39,910 bases of DNA from Hydrurus foetidus (lineage: Eukaryota). The translations under genes and the position numbers were made by a program. Below are positions 1-10,100 of this stretch, one piece after another; position 1 is the stretch's first letter, and the number at the start of each line of letters is the position of its first letter. The notes below the pieces were generated by a model that ran no database searches, was not told the origin of the DNA, and was given only the letters and a program-made list of their open reading frames with translations. The stretch is from contig UYFQ01000798.1 of the NCBI GenBank assembly GCA_900617105.1, positions 1 through 39,910 on the forward strand. Reading direction: 5' to 3'.

Positions 1-1009
1 CCATTCCGAAGAATTCTAAACCTTGCTTTCAGGACTCCAAAAGTACATTCGACATCCTTTCTGACTGATTCAAGCCATTCTGACCAGTATACCTCCGCCA
101 CATCACTTCGAGCCCCAAGGGGGTTAATCAGGTAGGAGTCCTTTGGGTAACCGCCATCACAAATAAAATAGACTCATTTGCATATTCTAGGATTCTCGTT
201 CTCATCCATGATTGAAAATTCAACAGCTTTGAACCTTTTCTCTTGTTTCACATCCATACAAAATGCATCATATTTTGTGATGGTTATATCATTAAGCGAT
301 CCATACATTCCCTGTGTTATATGCAATACTCTTCTAGAATGATCTACAACAACTTGATAAGCTATAGAAGGAAATGATTCCTTTCCACTGCAAATGTTGC
401 TTAGCGACTTTGGACACATTGACCATTTCAGATGCGTCGCATCAATACTCCCAATACAACCAGGAAATCCGAGTTTAGCATAAATGTCTATAACCTTCTT
501 CAAATCTTCTCCTTCAGGTATTTTGATAAACTCATTCCCAAACTTATAAATGAAACTCAGCACGAACTTTGTGAAGACATGCAGAGCAGTTGATTCTTCC
601 ATGTCCGAGAACTCACTTACGTCGTCAAAACAATTATCTCTTCCGAGAATACGAAGACAACACAGTAATTTTATTTCATCCGGAATTCGTCCTTTATTTG
701 ATGTGACATCAGAAAATACAGCCTGCTCTTTGTAACGCGCAACAATGTACAAGAAAAGGTTGTGAGGCATCCTGAATCTTCTACGAAAAAGTTTCGCTTT
801 CTGAGATGAAGGGTCAGAAAGAGTTGGATCCCTCAGTAGAAGACCCCATTTTGTGATTGAGTAGTCAATCAAGTTTCCGGTTTCAGAAATTCTTCTTTTC
901 TTCCGTATTTCTCCATCTAGACGACCACTTTCTCCTAGCAACTCGACCAGTCATCATCAGTCAGAGTACCCAGGTATTGCTTCACGAAGAAACTGTTTTC
1001 TCTCTCCAT
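1..1009 (-). pseudogene. PIF/Harbinger-family DDE transposase, disrupted (frameshift near 945, in-frame TGA at 174-176); 3' end runs off the window
   Basis: ORF 174-941 has Harbinger-type motifs FRRRFRM and GFPGCIGSIDATH (first D). Past the TGA the same frame continues as VYFICDGGYPK (second D) ... WLESVRKDVECTFGVLKARFRILRN (E) down to base 1. The N-terminus (MERENSFFVKQYLGTLTDDDW, ATG at 1009) is in a different frame. Confidence 0.88.
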
Positions 1010-1258
1010 TTCCTCACGTTGTAATAGTGCACACGATTTAGAATGTCTCTTAATGAAACTGCCAGGAGATTTCAAAGGTCTTGGCAGAAAAATAGATTTG
1101 TCAAGAAACACAGTTGCTGCTGATCCTCTTGGCAGAAATTCTGGCAAGAAAACGACCACAAAACGATCATAAGGAACGGTACTCCAGATATCTCGACAGA
1201 TTCCTGAAGATAGAAACCGGAAGGTCAAAAATCGCCATTCAAAAATCCTGCCAAGATT

Positions 1259-1504
1259 TTAGAGGATACCAGGAGCTTGCAGAGGGTAGTATAGGTTCTC
1301 TGGATCGGAATGACAAGCAACCGGGCGGCACCAGATAGTCTTCCATTAATCCACATTACTCATCTTGAGAGACGCAAGTCTCGTTGCATAGCCACTTTAG
1401 ATACGTGCATCACATCTTTGAAACCTGCGATGACGACCTCATTGCAGCGTTTGATGCACTGCACCTGCTTGCTAATCTTTGCAGCAGTGTAGCATTTTTA
1501 TTTA
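1259..1504 (+). repeat. Split direct repeat A1 (246 bp)
   Basis: Identical to 6115-6360 except one substitution (C1393 vs T6249). Confidence 0.97.
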
Positions 1505-1799
1505 TCCGGGGGACGGTGATATGGGACGGTGAACTATTGAACTCTACCTGCAACTGGAACTTCCGGATGATTTGCGGGAATGCTGGAGGAGAATCATCTC
1601 GGCCTCTCAGTGTCTCGAGAGATGGATGGGGCGTCGAGCCAACGAGCGTATTATTTCCGTGCGCGTAGGAGGTGCTCATGGCTGGTTGTCGCGGTCCTTT
1701 AGCGAGGAATGGCCCAAACCTGTGTAGTTCAGAATGCCGAGCTCAGTGGAAGATCCCGGAGATGAAACGGAGACGTTTCCAAAGGCTAGGAGTCAATTT

Positions 1800-2225
1800 C
1801 GAGATTTCATCAGCTGGAATTATTCGACGCAATCACCCGTACCCAATCGGTATTATTCTCAGCGAATGCTGCGGTGCCATCAACGTATGACACCAGTGCT
1901 GGCCAACGTAACATGGTCTCTCTGTCAGAAGCGCTATCGTTACAGGGCATCATATCCAATTGCAGCTGCTTCCCATTAATTGCCTCTCGTTGTGAAGACT
2001 TCCCACCTCCCATCCGCCTGGCGGGGAAATTGTCAATCGAAGTGATCATGTTGGAGCTGCTAGGAAAATTAACGACTTGCATTTTGTAAGTAACGAGAGA
2101 TTTCGAGGGGGTCGATCCCTCGACCATTGTAGACATCTTCTCTAATGGGCTAGTGCTCTACCACTTGGCTAGACGCATTGATGTACGTCTCGAAATAAAT
2201 GGTGTTGTCTCATCACAATTTAGAG
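1800..2225 (+). pseudogene. Possible decayed ORF1 (gag-like position) of the split-repeat element; may resume at 4886
   Basis: One long + frame (FHQLELFDAITRTQ...TCIL*VTRDFEGVDPSTIVDIFSNGLVLYHLARRIDVRLEINGVVSSQFR) with a single internal stop, located where ORF1 is expected. No diagnostic motif seen. Confidence 0.3.
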
Positions 2226-4880
2226 TGTACTGAACACGGGGGTGCAAAGAAAGGAAAAAGTAAAGGGAAGAACGGAACTAACCTCCAAATCCGACACCGT
2301 GTAAATTGAGAAACTAACTGATTGAATTGAGAAAACAAATGTTGTCATAAAATGAAAAAGAATATGTAAATAGTTATGATGATAAGAAATGACAGCAATT
2401 AGAAGGAAAGTCAAGCAAAATGCATGGAGTTTATAAATGAATTGATAAGCATATAAATGCAGAGAATAATTCGAAGTGGTTTAGGAATCACTTCTCCTCT
2501 ATTACTACTCAACGCGTAATGAAATAGTTCTTTGAGAGGAAGAGTGGATTGTATTACGGAATACCATATGATTTTTTGTATTCATACGGAATATATGTTA
2601 TTATTCCGTATTTATTGACCTTAACTTTCGTAGAATTTCCCCGACACGTAGAAAATCGTGACTACTTGCCTAATCTGACCCAGATGGTCAAAATCACTCC
2701 TAAGTGAATAAAAAAAGAAAAATTAAAATAATCATAGAATGAAAAATAAAACGAAATAAATAAACGAGAGCAATTAAAAGGAAATCAAGATATAGGAAGG
2801 TGATCAATGAATAATAAATAACGAAATACAGAAAATTAATTCAAATGCTTCAGAAATTGATCCTCTCCTTCATCTACTCTGAGGGAACGAAATAATCCTT
2901 CGAGAAAAGGAAAGGAGAAGCGGATTGATTAGGAATACGGAATATTTTATGTTTTTCCGTACTCGATACGAAAGATAGGTCAGTATTCCGTCTTTCTCAG
3001 ACCTTTTGACTTTTGAGCCGGCTTACAGCTCAGTGGTGAAGAGGTATTAGGGGTGTCATCACCACCGAAGAAGATTTGTCATCACATCATTCGTAGAATG
3101 CGGTGTGACGACGGGTATACTAGTTCCTCAAGCAGAGATAAACTTCTGTCTATGACAAAAGTTCCTCGGAAAATGAATTAAGGAGTATGTAAAAGTGAAT
3201 TAAAACCAAAAATACAATTTAATGTAAAAGGAATGCAACCTTTTACGATGGAGATAAAACTCCATTGAATTCCGGGTTCTTTGATGGACAAGATTTATTT
3301 AAACAACGGCGCTAATCAGACGAAGCGATGATATCAAACAGTAAACATTTACTATATCACAATTGAGAATACGAATTGAAGTCGGAAAACGTTTGTGAAA
3401 CTATAAAAAATAAAAAATGAATGGAAATAAGCAGGGAAAAACAAAAGAAAGAAAAGAGACGTAAATAAAAGAAGGGGTGTATGTATAAGAAAGACGTTCA
3501 CATGTTAAACAGCGGACTTCATACAACAAGAGAAATGAGTGAAGAGAAGAGATCTAAATAATGAATGTATGAGAGAGACAGCGGCGGGGCGTCATGGAGT
3601 ATGAGTCACATGTCTCACACCGTTCTCGACGGCTGGCCACTCGTGGGGCGGGTATCTAGTATACGTCGTCAAAAAGGCAAGCCCGCTATGATTGTTACTG
3701 TGGCCGTCCGACGTACGGTCCCGCCTGAGAATCTGCCGCGTGTCTCTGAAGGAATGCGTGTGTCGCGGCTCGTGCAGTGGTCGTCTGCCTCTCCAGGTGA
3801 GGGTGTATTGTGATAGATAAAGTGCAGGCGATCATTAATGTGATAAGCTGATCCGAACTTTCGGCACCATGGTGTTGGTGGTGTGCGTTTGCGTTGATGC
3901 TTTGTGGATTCTAGAACACGATTAACTGATGTCGAATCCACACCCTGCGTAAGCAAAGAATGATGAGTATCATTTGAATGCGTACAACATAGCATTGATG
4001 GGTGTGACTGTCTGCGCATGTGTGACAGTGGCGTCTAGTGTATACTGTAGCTACTGTGCCTTGGGGGCGCAGCGTGGCTGAGTATACACTATCTGAGGCA
4101 ATGGAGCCGAAGATAGCAGACTGTCTTGGTGGGACAGTCTTCACATGCGCAAGAAACAGCCCCGTAGTGTTTTTAAATGTATTATTTATGGGTGTGACTG
4201 TCTGTACATGTGTGATGAAACAGCCGGATGGTGTGGTATGTACTGTCTGTAGCCGTGTGGCTACAGAAACAGCGTTGGCCCAGTACATGCTGCGACGGCT
4301 GGTTTCACTTGTACAAGAAACAGCCCTGTAATGTATTAATGCAGTCTATACACCTGTAACAAGCTTGATATGACAAGCCTCTGATGGTACTTGTGTTATA
4401 GCACCTTGCACTGTCTACGGCACCTGTGTGTAACCGTAGAAAAGGCCCGACTGTCAATGTGAGTGACAGTCCTGCCGTCAAATTGACGGTAGAAAGCTCA
4501 GTGCATTGTATATGTGTGGGCTATAGCCGCGTGGTATACTGTATGTGTCAGGATACCTCGCGGCTATAGCACTGGTAAGGGTGCAAGCACACGAGTGCAA
4601 GGCCCTTACCATAATCATATAGGAGAGCAGATACTCACCATACCCGCACCAACATCACTTTTCAGAAATAAAGCGCGGTGGTCAGCGGCGCATGGGCACG
4701 TTGAACAAGCACGAGGCGTGATAGAGGGCGCTGAGGTGTGGGGGGTGTCAGCGCATTTCAAGAAATGAAAAATAAAGTTGTAGAGAATGCGGGTTGGTGT
4801 CGTCGATCAGACGTACAGCAACCTCAGGGTTACATTGACGGCACACAGGCCTTCGAACTTTAAAAAAAAAAAAAAAAAAA
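2226..4880 (+). mobile_element. Putative nested non-coding insert ending in an A19 tract, flanked by TAGAG
   Basis: Sequence switches abruptly to AT-rich at ~2226, there is an A-tract at 4862-4880, and TAGAG occurs at both 2221-2225 and 4881-4885. Removing the insert joins a stop-free frame. Confidence 0.42.
2285..3010 (+). repeat. Two diverged ~350-370 bp tandem units with TACGGAATA/TATTCCGTA inverted motifs
   Basis: 2460-2630 aligns loosely with 2830-3010, CCGACAC recurs at 2291 and 2641, and a hairpin ATACGGAATA-n8-TATTCCGTAT lies at 2584-2611. Confidence 0.55.
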
Positions 4881-5299
4881 TAGAGATATTAGAAGGAATA
4901 AGGGGAGAAATGGTAGACCCAATAAGTGGCACCGATTTCATGCCAAGGATGGCATGTCTGGCGAGCATGTTCTGGTGTGAGTGAACCGTCCAAATCGGAG
5001 AGGAGAAGAAGAAACGAAATGGAAGGACGGATGTATGCTCGAGGACAAACGCAGTCGGGACTGCGTGTGCATCCGACAGCGTGATGGGAAGGGCAGCACG
5101 CAATGTCGGTGTGCAGTGCAGTGCAGTGCGGTGCAATACAGTGTGGTGCAGCATAGTGTGGTGCAGCACAGTGTGGTGCAGCTTAAGTTATCAACAGAGG
5201 CATGAGGATTTCGACAATACGAGTCGTCGGCCTCATCGGTGACTGGTAATGGCGAAGGGCCATGGTAATCGTAAAGAGCGATACCCACTTCAGGCTGGA

Positions 5300-5858
5300 G
5301 ATGGGATACTAGGTGTGCACGTTCTTAGCTCGAATCGGAAGAGATGAAGAAGATCGGGGAGAAGGAACACTCTTTCAGGACAGACGCTCCCACTTTTGCA
5401 GTCGAGACTAAGTCCGGCGTGGTGGGGAGTTCTTGCCCCTAGTGAATGTGGGGCAGGGTTTCAGCCAAGTAGCAGAATGACGGGTCATGGGCGCGAGCAC
5501 GAAGGTAGCAATTCGGTAGCGGTCAGCGACAATCTGAATGATTTGATCGAGTTCATTGTGCACGCGGGAGCAGAGGGCGACGAGGGGTCCATAAACGAGA
5601 CGGGATTAGCACAGTGCCTACGGCCAAATCGGTTGCGGTTGAGCTAATGGACATCCGTCGCAGGAACGATCTTCCACCCGGCTCTTTCTCATGAAAGGGG
5701 GTATAACTCGAGTGCGCGCACAGGGTGTCGCTGATGACCACCGCAGGGACAGGTGGGAGTACGCGGCGGGGTCTCGCAGCTTCGTGATAGCAAGAAGACT
5801 TATGTGCAGCGGAGACCACCGCCGATGGATACGAATCAACCAGCAGCACCCTAGGTAG
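5300..5858 (+). pseudogene. Decayed tyrosine recombinase-like coding remnant
   Basis: Fragments in shifting frames: FLARIG..., KEHSFRTDAPTFAVET, LNDLIEFIVHAGAEGDE, TAKSVAVELMDIRRRNDLPPGSFS, then KGGITRVRAQGVADDHRRDRWEYAAGS. This resembles the YR C-terminus (F-S-[xHSLR missing]-KGG-x-T...G), in the expected position before B1. Confidence 0.5.
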
Positions 5859-5864
5859 TGGTGG

Positions 5865-6114
5865 GTGTAGGGCTTTGCTGGGTCCAGGATCCCTCCTATG
5901 CCAGCGCAGCCGACTGAGTCAGGCTACGCGGATAGGGTGGGCGGGCACTAGCAGGCGCGCGAGTGACGCCACCTGTAGGACAATCCACTTAAGTAAATAA
6001 CAGTCCGTTACCATAAGTACCTGACCGGTTAGAGGGTTGTTGAATGGCCAATCCCTTAACCGGGGTTTACGGTATCTTAAGACCGGGCAGCGGCCGGCAT
6101 ACAGAGGAATAGAA
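5865..6114 (+). repeat. Split direct repeat B1 (250 bp)
   Basis: Matches 6433-6684 apart from one 2-nt indel and one substitution. Confidence 0.97.
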
Positions 6115-6360
6115 TTAGAGGATACCAGGAGCTTGCAGAGGGTAGTATAGGTTCTCTGGATCGGAATGACAAGCAACCGGGCGGCACCAGATAGTCTTCC
6201 ATTAATCCACATTACTCATCTTGAGAGACGCAAGTCTCGTTGCATAGCTACTTTAGATACGTGCATCACATCTTTGAAACCTGCGATGACGACCTCATTG
6301 CAGCGTTTGATGCACTGCACCTGCTTGCTAATCTTTGCAGCAGTGTAGCATTTTTATTTA
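6115..6360 (+). repeat. Split direct repeat A2 (246 bp)
   Basis: Copy of 1259-1504, directly fused to B1. Confidence 0.97.
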
Positions 6361-6432
6361 CCCCGTAGCCAACCATTCCTACTATAGATTTTTGTGTAAG
6401 TGTGTTTTGTCTGACCGCTCGTGCGCCAGCCA

Positions 6433-6684
6433 GTGTAGGGCTTTGCTGGGTCCAGGATCCCTCCTATGCCAGCGCAGCCGACTGAGTCAGTCGCTACGCG
6501 GATAGGGTGGGCGGGCACTAACAGGCGCGCGAGTGACGCCACCTGTAGGACAATCCACTTAAGTAAATAACAGTCCGTTACCATAAGTACCTGACCGGTT
6601 AGAGGGTTGTTGAATGGCCAATCCCTTAACCGGGGTTTACGGTATCTTAAGACCGGGCAGCGGCCGGCATACAGAGGAATAGAA
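6433..6684 (+). repeat. Split direct repeat B2 (252 bp)
   Basis: Copy of 5865-6114; forms the element's right end. Confidence 0.97.
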
Positions 6685-6751
6685 CCAGGATATGCACCTG
6701 CCAGGACCATAAGGAATAGGGCTCCAGGCTCAAGGTGGATACCGTAGAGGG

Positions 6752-6818
6752 AACCAAAACCTCAAAAATGAAAAACCGACGGAAAACCGATGTTTTGGAA
6801 ATTTTGGAGGTTTTGGTT
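6752..6818. repeat. Inverted repeat (17/18 bp arms) enclosing two AAAACCGA motifs
   Basis: AACCAAAACCTCAAAAAT at 6752-6769 versus ATTTTGGAGGTTTTGGTT at 6801-6818. Confidence 0.7.
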
Positions 6819-7157
6819 TTCGCTTTTTTGGTCGCTTTTGGACGTCGACATTTTGGTACATGGGTGGTGTAAGATGCTGGAGGAACAAGTAATCTCGATT
6901 GAACTCGATCTTTATCTCTTCACCTGCTGCTCCATCTCCTAAACAACTGTCCAGGTGGTACGATTGAAAGCGATTTCAGTGTATTTTGGGACCAGTCGTT
7001 TGCATTAGATTCAATAAATATCTTTCCCGAGCTGTGATAGAGACTGCACGGTAGAACATCTAGGTCAACGACTGGACATCACTGTATCGGATCCTGCTTC
7101 GATCAGTCGCTTTGAGGACAGCATCCCTGCTCCTCGTCTAAATTTGTTTGAGAGAGA

Positions 7158-10100
7158 ATGAAGCTATCAGGCATATCTGAACTGGCAGTCATAGCATGTT
7201 ATTTACAAATGAGTGCTTCTTTCGTCCCAGCGATTGACCACCACAGATCACTTGTAACAAGTTATCTTTTACCACATGAGCGCATACTCAATAGAGGAAG
7301 CATGCCTGGCAGGTAGGCACTATTTGATATTCACTGTCAGCACTGAGGAAGGCGTTAGAGTATCGTCTGTCGTCACCAGTTTTCATATGACCCTCCGACA
7401 CTTTACCGACCATCTGTAGATCGAAAGATTCGAAGGACTCCCAGGTCGAGGACGATGGATATTCGACCACCGTGAACCCTCTTATCAACATGCTTTCTAA
7501 AATGAACCCGAAGAAGACAGAGCCAGGTGAGAAGACCTGAACGTTAGAAGGATTGCAATGACTGACATTTATTTCAAGAAGACGCGCTCGAAATCAGAAA
7601 GAGATCTAGTTGCATATTCATGATAGATCATGGGCTCGATTTGGTTTCTCGCATCTCAGATATATTGAATATGTGACATCACAATTGGTCCGGTTCTGTT
7701 TCTTAGATGCTCATTCCAATCAACAAGAAGTACAGAAGGTGATTCAGCTTCTAACGTTCTAATATCTCCCTTCTCAGGAACTCTCATCCTGGTGAGGCAT
7801 GGTCAGACGACAATGAACTACAACAAAACATTCACCGGATGGATTGATACCGATTTGTCCGACTTCGGAAAAAGAGAGGTTAGCATATTTGTGCATTTAT
7901 ATTGATTTTACGACAATCATTTCTGTTGCCCTGCATTTCGTTGCTTGTTTCTTGCGCAGTGCAGTCAAGCAATCACAGCAATGGCAGTGCAACTACTAAG
8001 AGATGCTTGGTATTTTCTTAATATACACTGATACTATCATAATACTGTACTTCCCAACAAGAATGAAAAATGTTGAGCACTGTGCACTGTTATCATGATT
8101 TATTATTGTCAATAATCCCTCATGTACAACCTAAAAAAGCAACTAGTTTCTTTCAAGCTCCAAATAATCACATCCGTACGTACAACTGTACATTGTACGT
8201 ACGCATCAGGTTGAGCACTGTGCACGACTGCTGATCGAGAGAGGGTACACCGTAGACGTGACTTATACGAGTAGACTGAAGAGAGCCATCCGGTCCTCAT
8301 GGATCATCCTCAGAGAGCTGGGTGAGTGACTCTAGAGCAGATAGATAGATGGATAGACTGATTAACAGATGCATTGATTGATTGATTGATTTACAAACAT
8401 ACTGACTGACGAAGATACAGACTGATTAATAGATAGACAGATTGATTAACGGGCAGACAGATTGATACCTTATCAGCGTCATTGACGCACTGACTTACCG
8501 GCAGATAGCCAGACAGATGGACTGACAGACAGACTGACAAACAGACACATAGACAGCCACACGGACAGACAGACTGACAGACAGACACTCATACAGACAC
8601 TTAGACAGACAGACTGACAAACAGACACATAGACAGACAGACTGACAAGCAGACACATAGACAGACACACAGACAGACAGACAGACACACGGACAGACAG
8701 ACACATAGACAGACAGACTGACAAACAGACACATAGACAGCCACACGGACACACAGACAGACAGGTTTACAGTCTAAGTCACCACTGCTTCATGATACTG
8801 TGCTGTATGAAATAAAACACTGCCTCACTTTGTCCCTGTCATGACCTTTATCGCACCGTTTCATTTCCTTACTCAAATGATTTCGTAGTACTCCTGAAAT
8901 CATATTGTGTTCATCAAGAGTGTCCCCACATGCAGTCGTTCTATCACTTTCAACACTTCAAAACATTTTTGGTCGAAACTGTAAATCGATGGATCTAAAC
9001 TAGTCAATTCAATCAAGAAGTGCTAACTCCGATTCATCCTTTTCTATCCAGTCACTCCAGTATCATGAGCAGCAGTACTCAGTGTTGTCATGATTTGCCA
9101 CAAAAGCGCAGCATATCACAGCATAGCATACGTAGCATATGCGGGGTACATAACCATCTAGCCATTGCACTGCGACACAAAAGACTCAACACCCACCTTC
9201 CATCATACTCCCCACTAACTCACAGGTCAGATCTACCGACCAGTCTACAAGAGCTACCGACTGAACGAACGCATGTACGGTGCGCTGGAAGGCAAGAGCA
9301 AGGTAGCTTCACCTTCCATGACTGCTTTATACATCACTTTGTATGGTATACTTTTTCATTTTTGTGGGCGTGCCTATACTGTTGAAGTCAAAACAAATCA
9401 GCACTTTTTGGAATTTTCGTGATTCATATTTGACGAATATGAAATGACTAGTGTTGTTCTCACTTGTCAATTTATAGTATGGAAGTATGAGTTCTCTGTG
9501 TAGTTGTAATTTCAACAACATCACATAGCAAGCTGCACCTGATATTCGTGGATAAGTATATCTGTCTGTCTGTCTGTCTGTTATACTGCATTGGCAAGTC
9601 ATGGTGTGGAGGAGAGAATAGATTAGATAGCTTGTCATGTCATCTGTCTCGGGTACAAGTGAGACAGGATATGGAAAAGATCAGTTGCTGTGAGTATCTT
9701 CTGGCAGTAGAATCAGTTTTTCCGTCAGATAATTTGAGGATTGGAGTGATGTCATCATACGAAAGACAGTTTGATGATTGATGAGTTATTTCGAAATAAA
9801 AAGAGAGATAGAGGAAGACGATATGAGACCTTTATGTGGCGTGGCACTCTGCATTGCAGAGGTGATAAGTGCAGCAAAGCAGAGACACAGCCATGAAATT
9901 CTTCATTGGTGTGATTTCATCGAGACTTCTTCTATTCATTTGTAGAGTGTCTTTCATTGCCACTCGATGTACTACTGTACATCACCCATCCCGTCCTGTC
10001 CCATTTGCAAGTCCCTCCCATTTACCTCTCGGCCTCCTCTCTGTCATTTCTTATCAACCCGATAAGTTGTAGTCGTTACAACTCATCTTTATCACTCCCT

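Larger units (their letters stand above)
1259..6684 (+). mobile_element. Split-direct-repeat (A1...B1-A2-spacer-B2) tyrosine-recombinase-type retroelement (PAT/Ngaro/TOC1-like), apparently non-autonomous
   Basis: A1 1259-1504 = A2 6115-6360 and B1 5865-6114 = B2 6433-6684. B1 abuts A2 exactly, and a 72-bp unique spacer (6361-6432) precedes B2. There is no target-site duplication. Decayed YR-like coding lies just before B1. Confidence 0.8.

Noticed and set aside
174..176. In-frame TGA in the transposase as stop-codon reassignment or selenocysteine
   Set aside because: It sits at a normally Gly position (likely GGA>TGA), the same gene has a frameshift, and lacZ ends on TGA. This is ordinary pseudogenisation.
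2221..4510. Possible TIR pair TAGAGTGTACTGAAC / GCTCAGTGCATTGTA
   Set aside because: Only 11/15 matches, too weak to call a TIR transposon; kept only as an alternative boundary for the insert.
1259..6360. A1/A2 as the LTR pair of a Copia/Gypsy element (minus-strand TGGTATC as PBS)
   Set aside because: There are no TG...CA ends and no TSD, the PBS-like word is inside both copies, and the interleaved B repeats fit split direct repeats instead.
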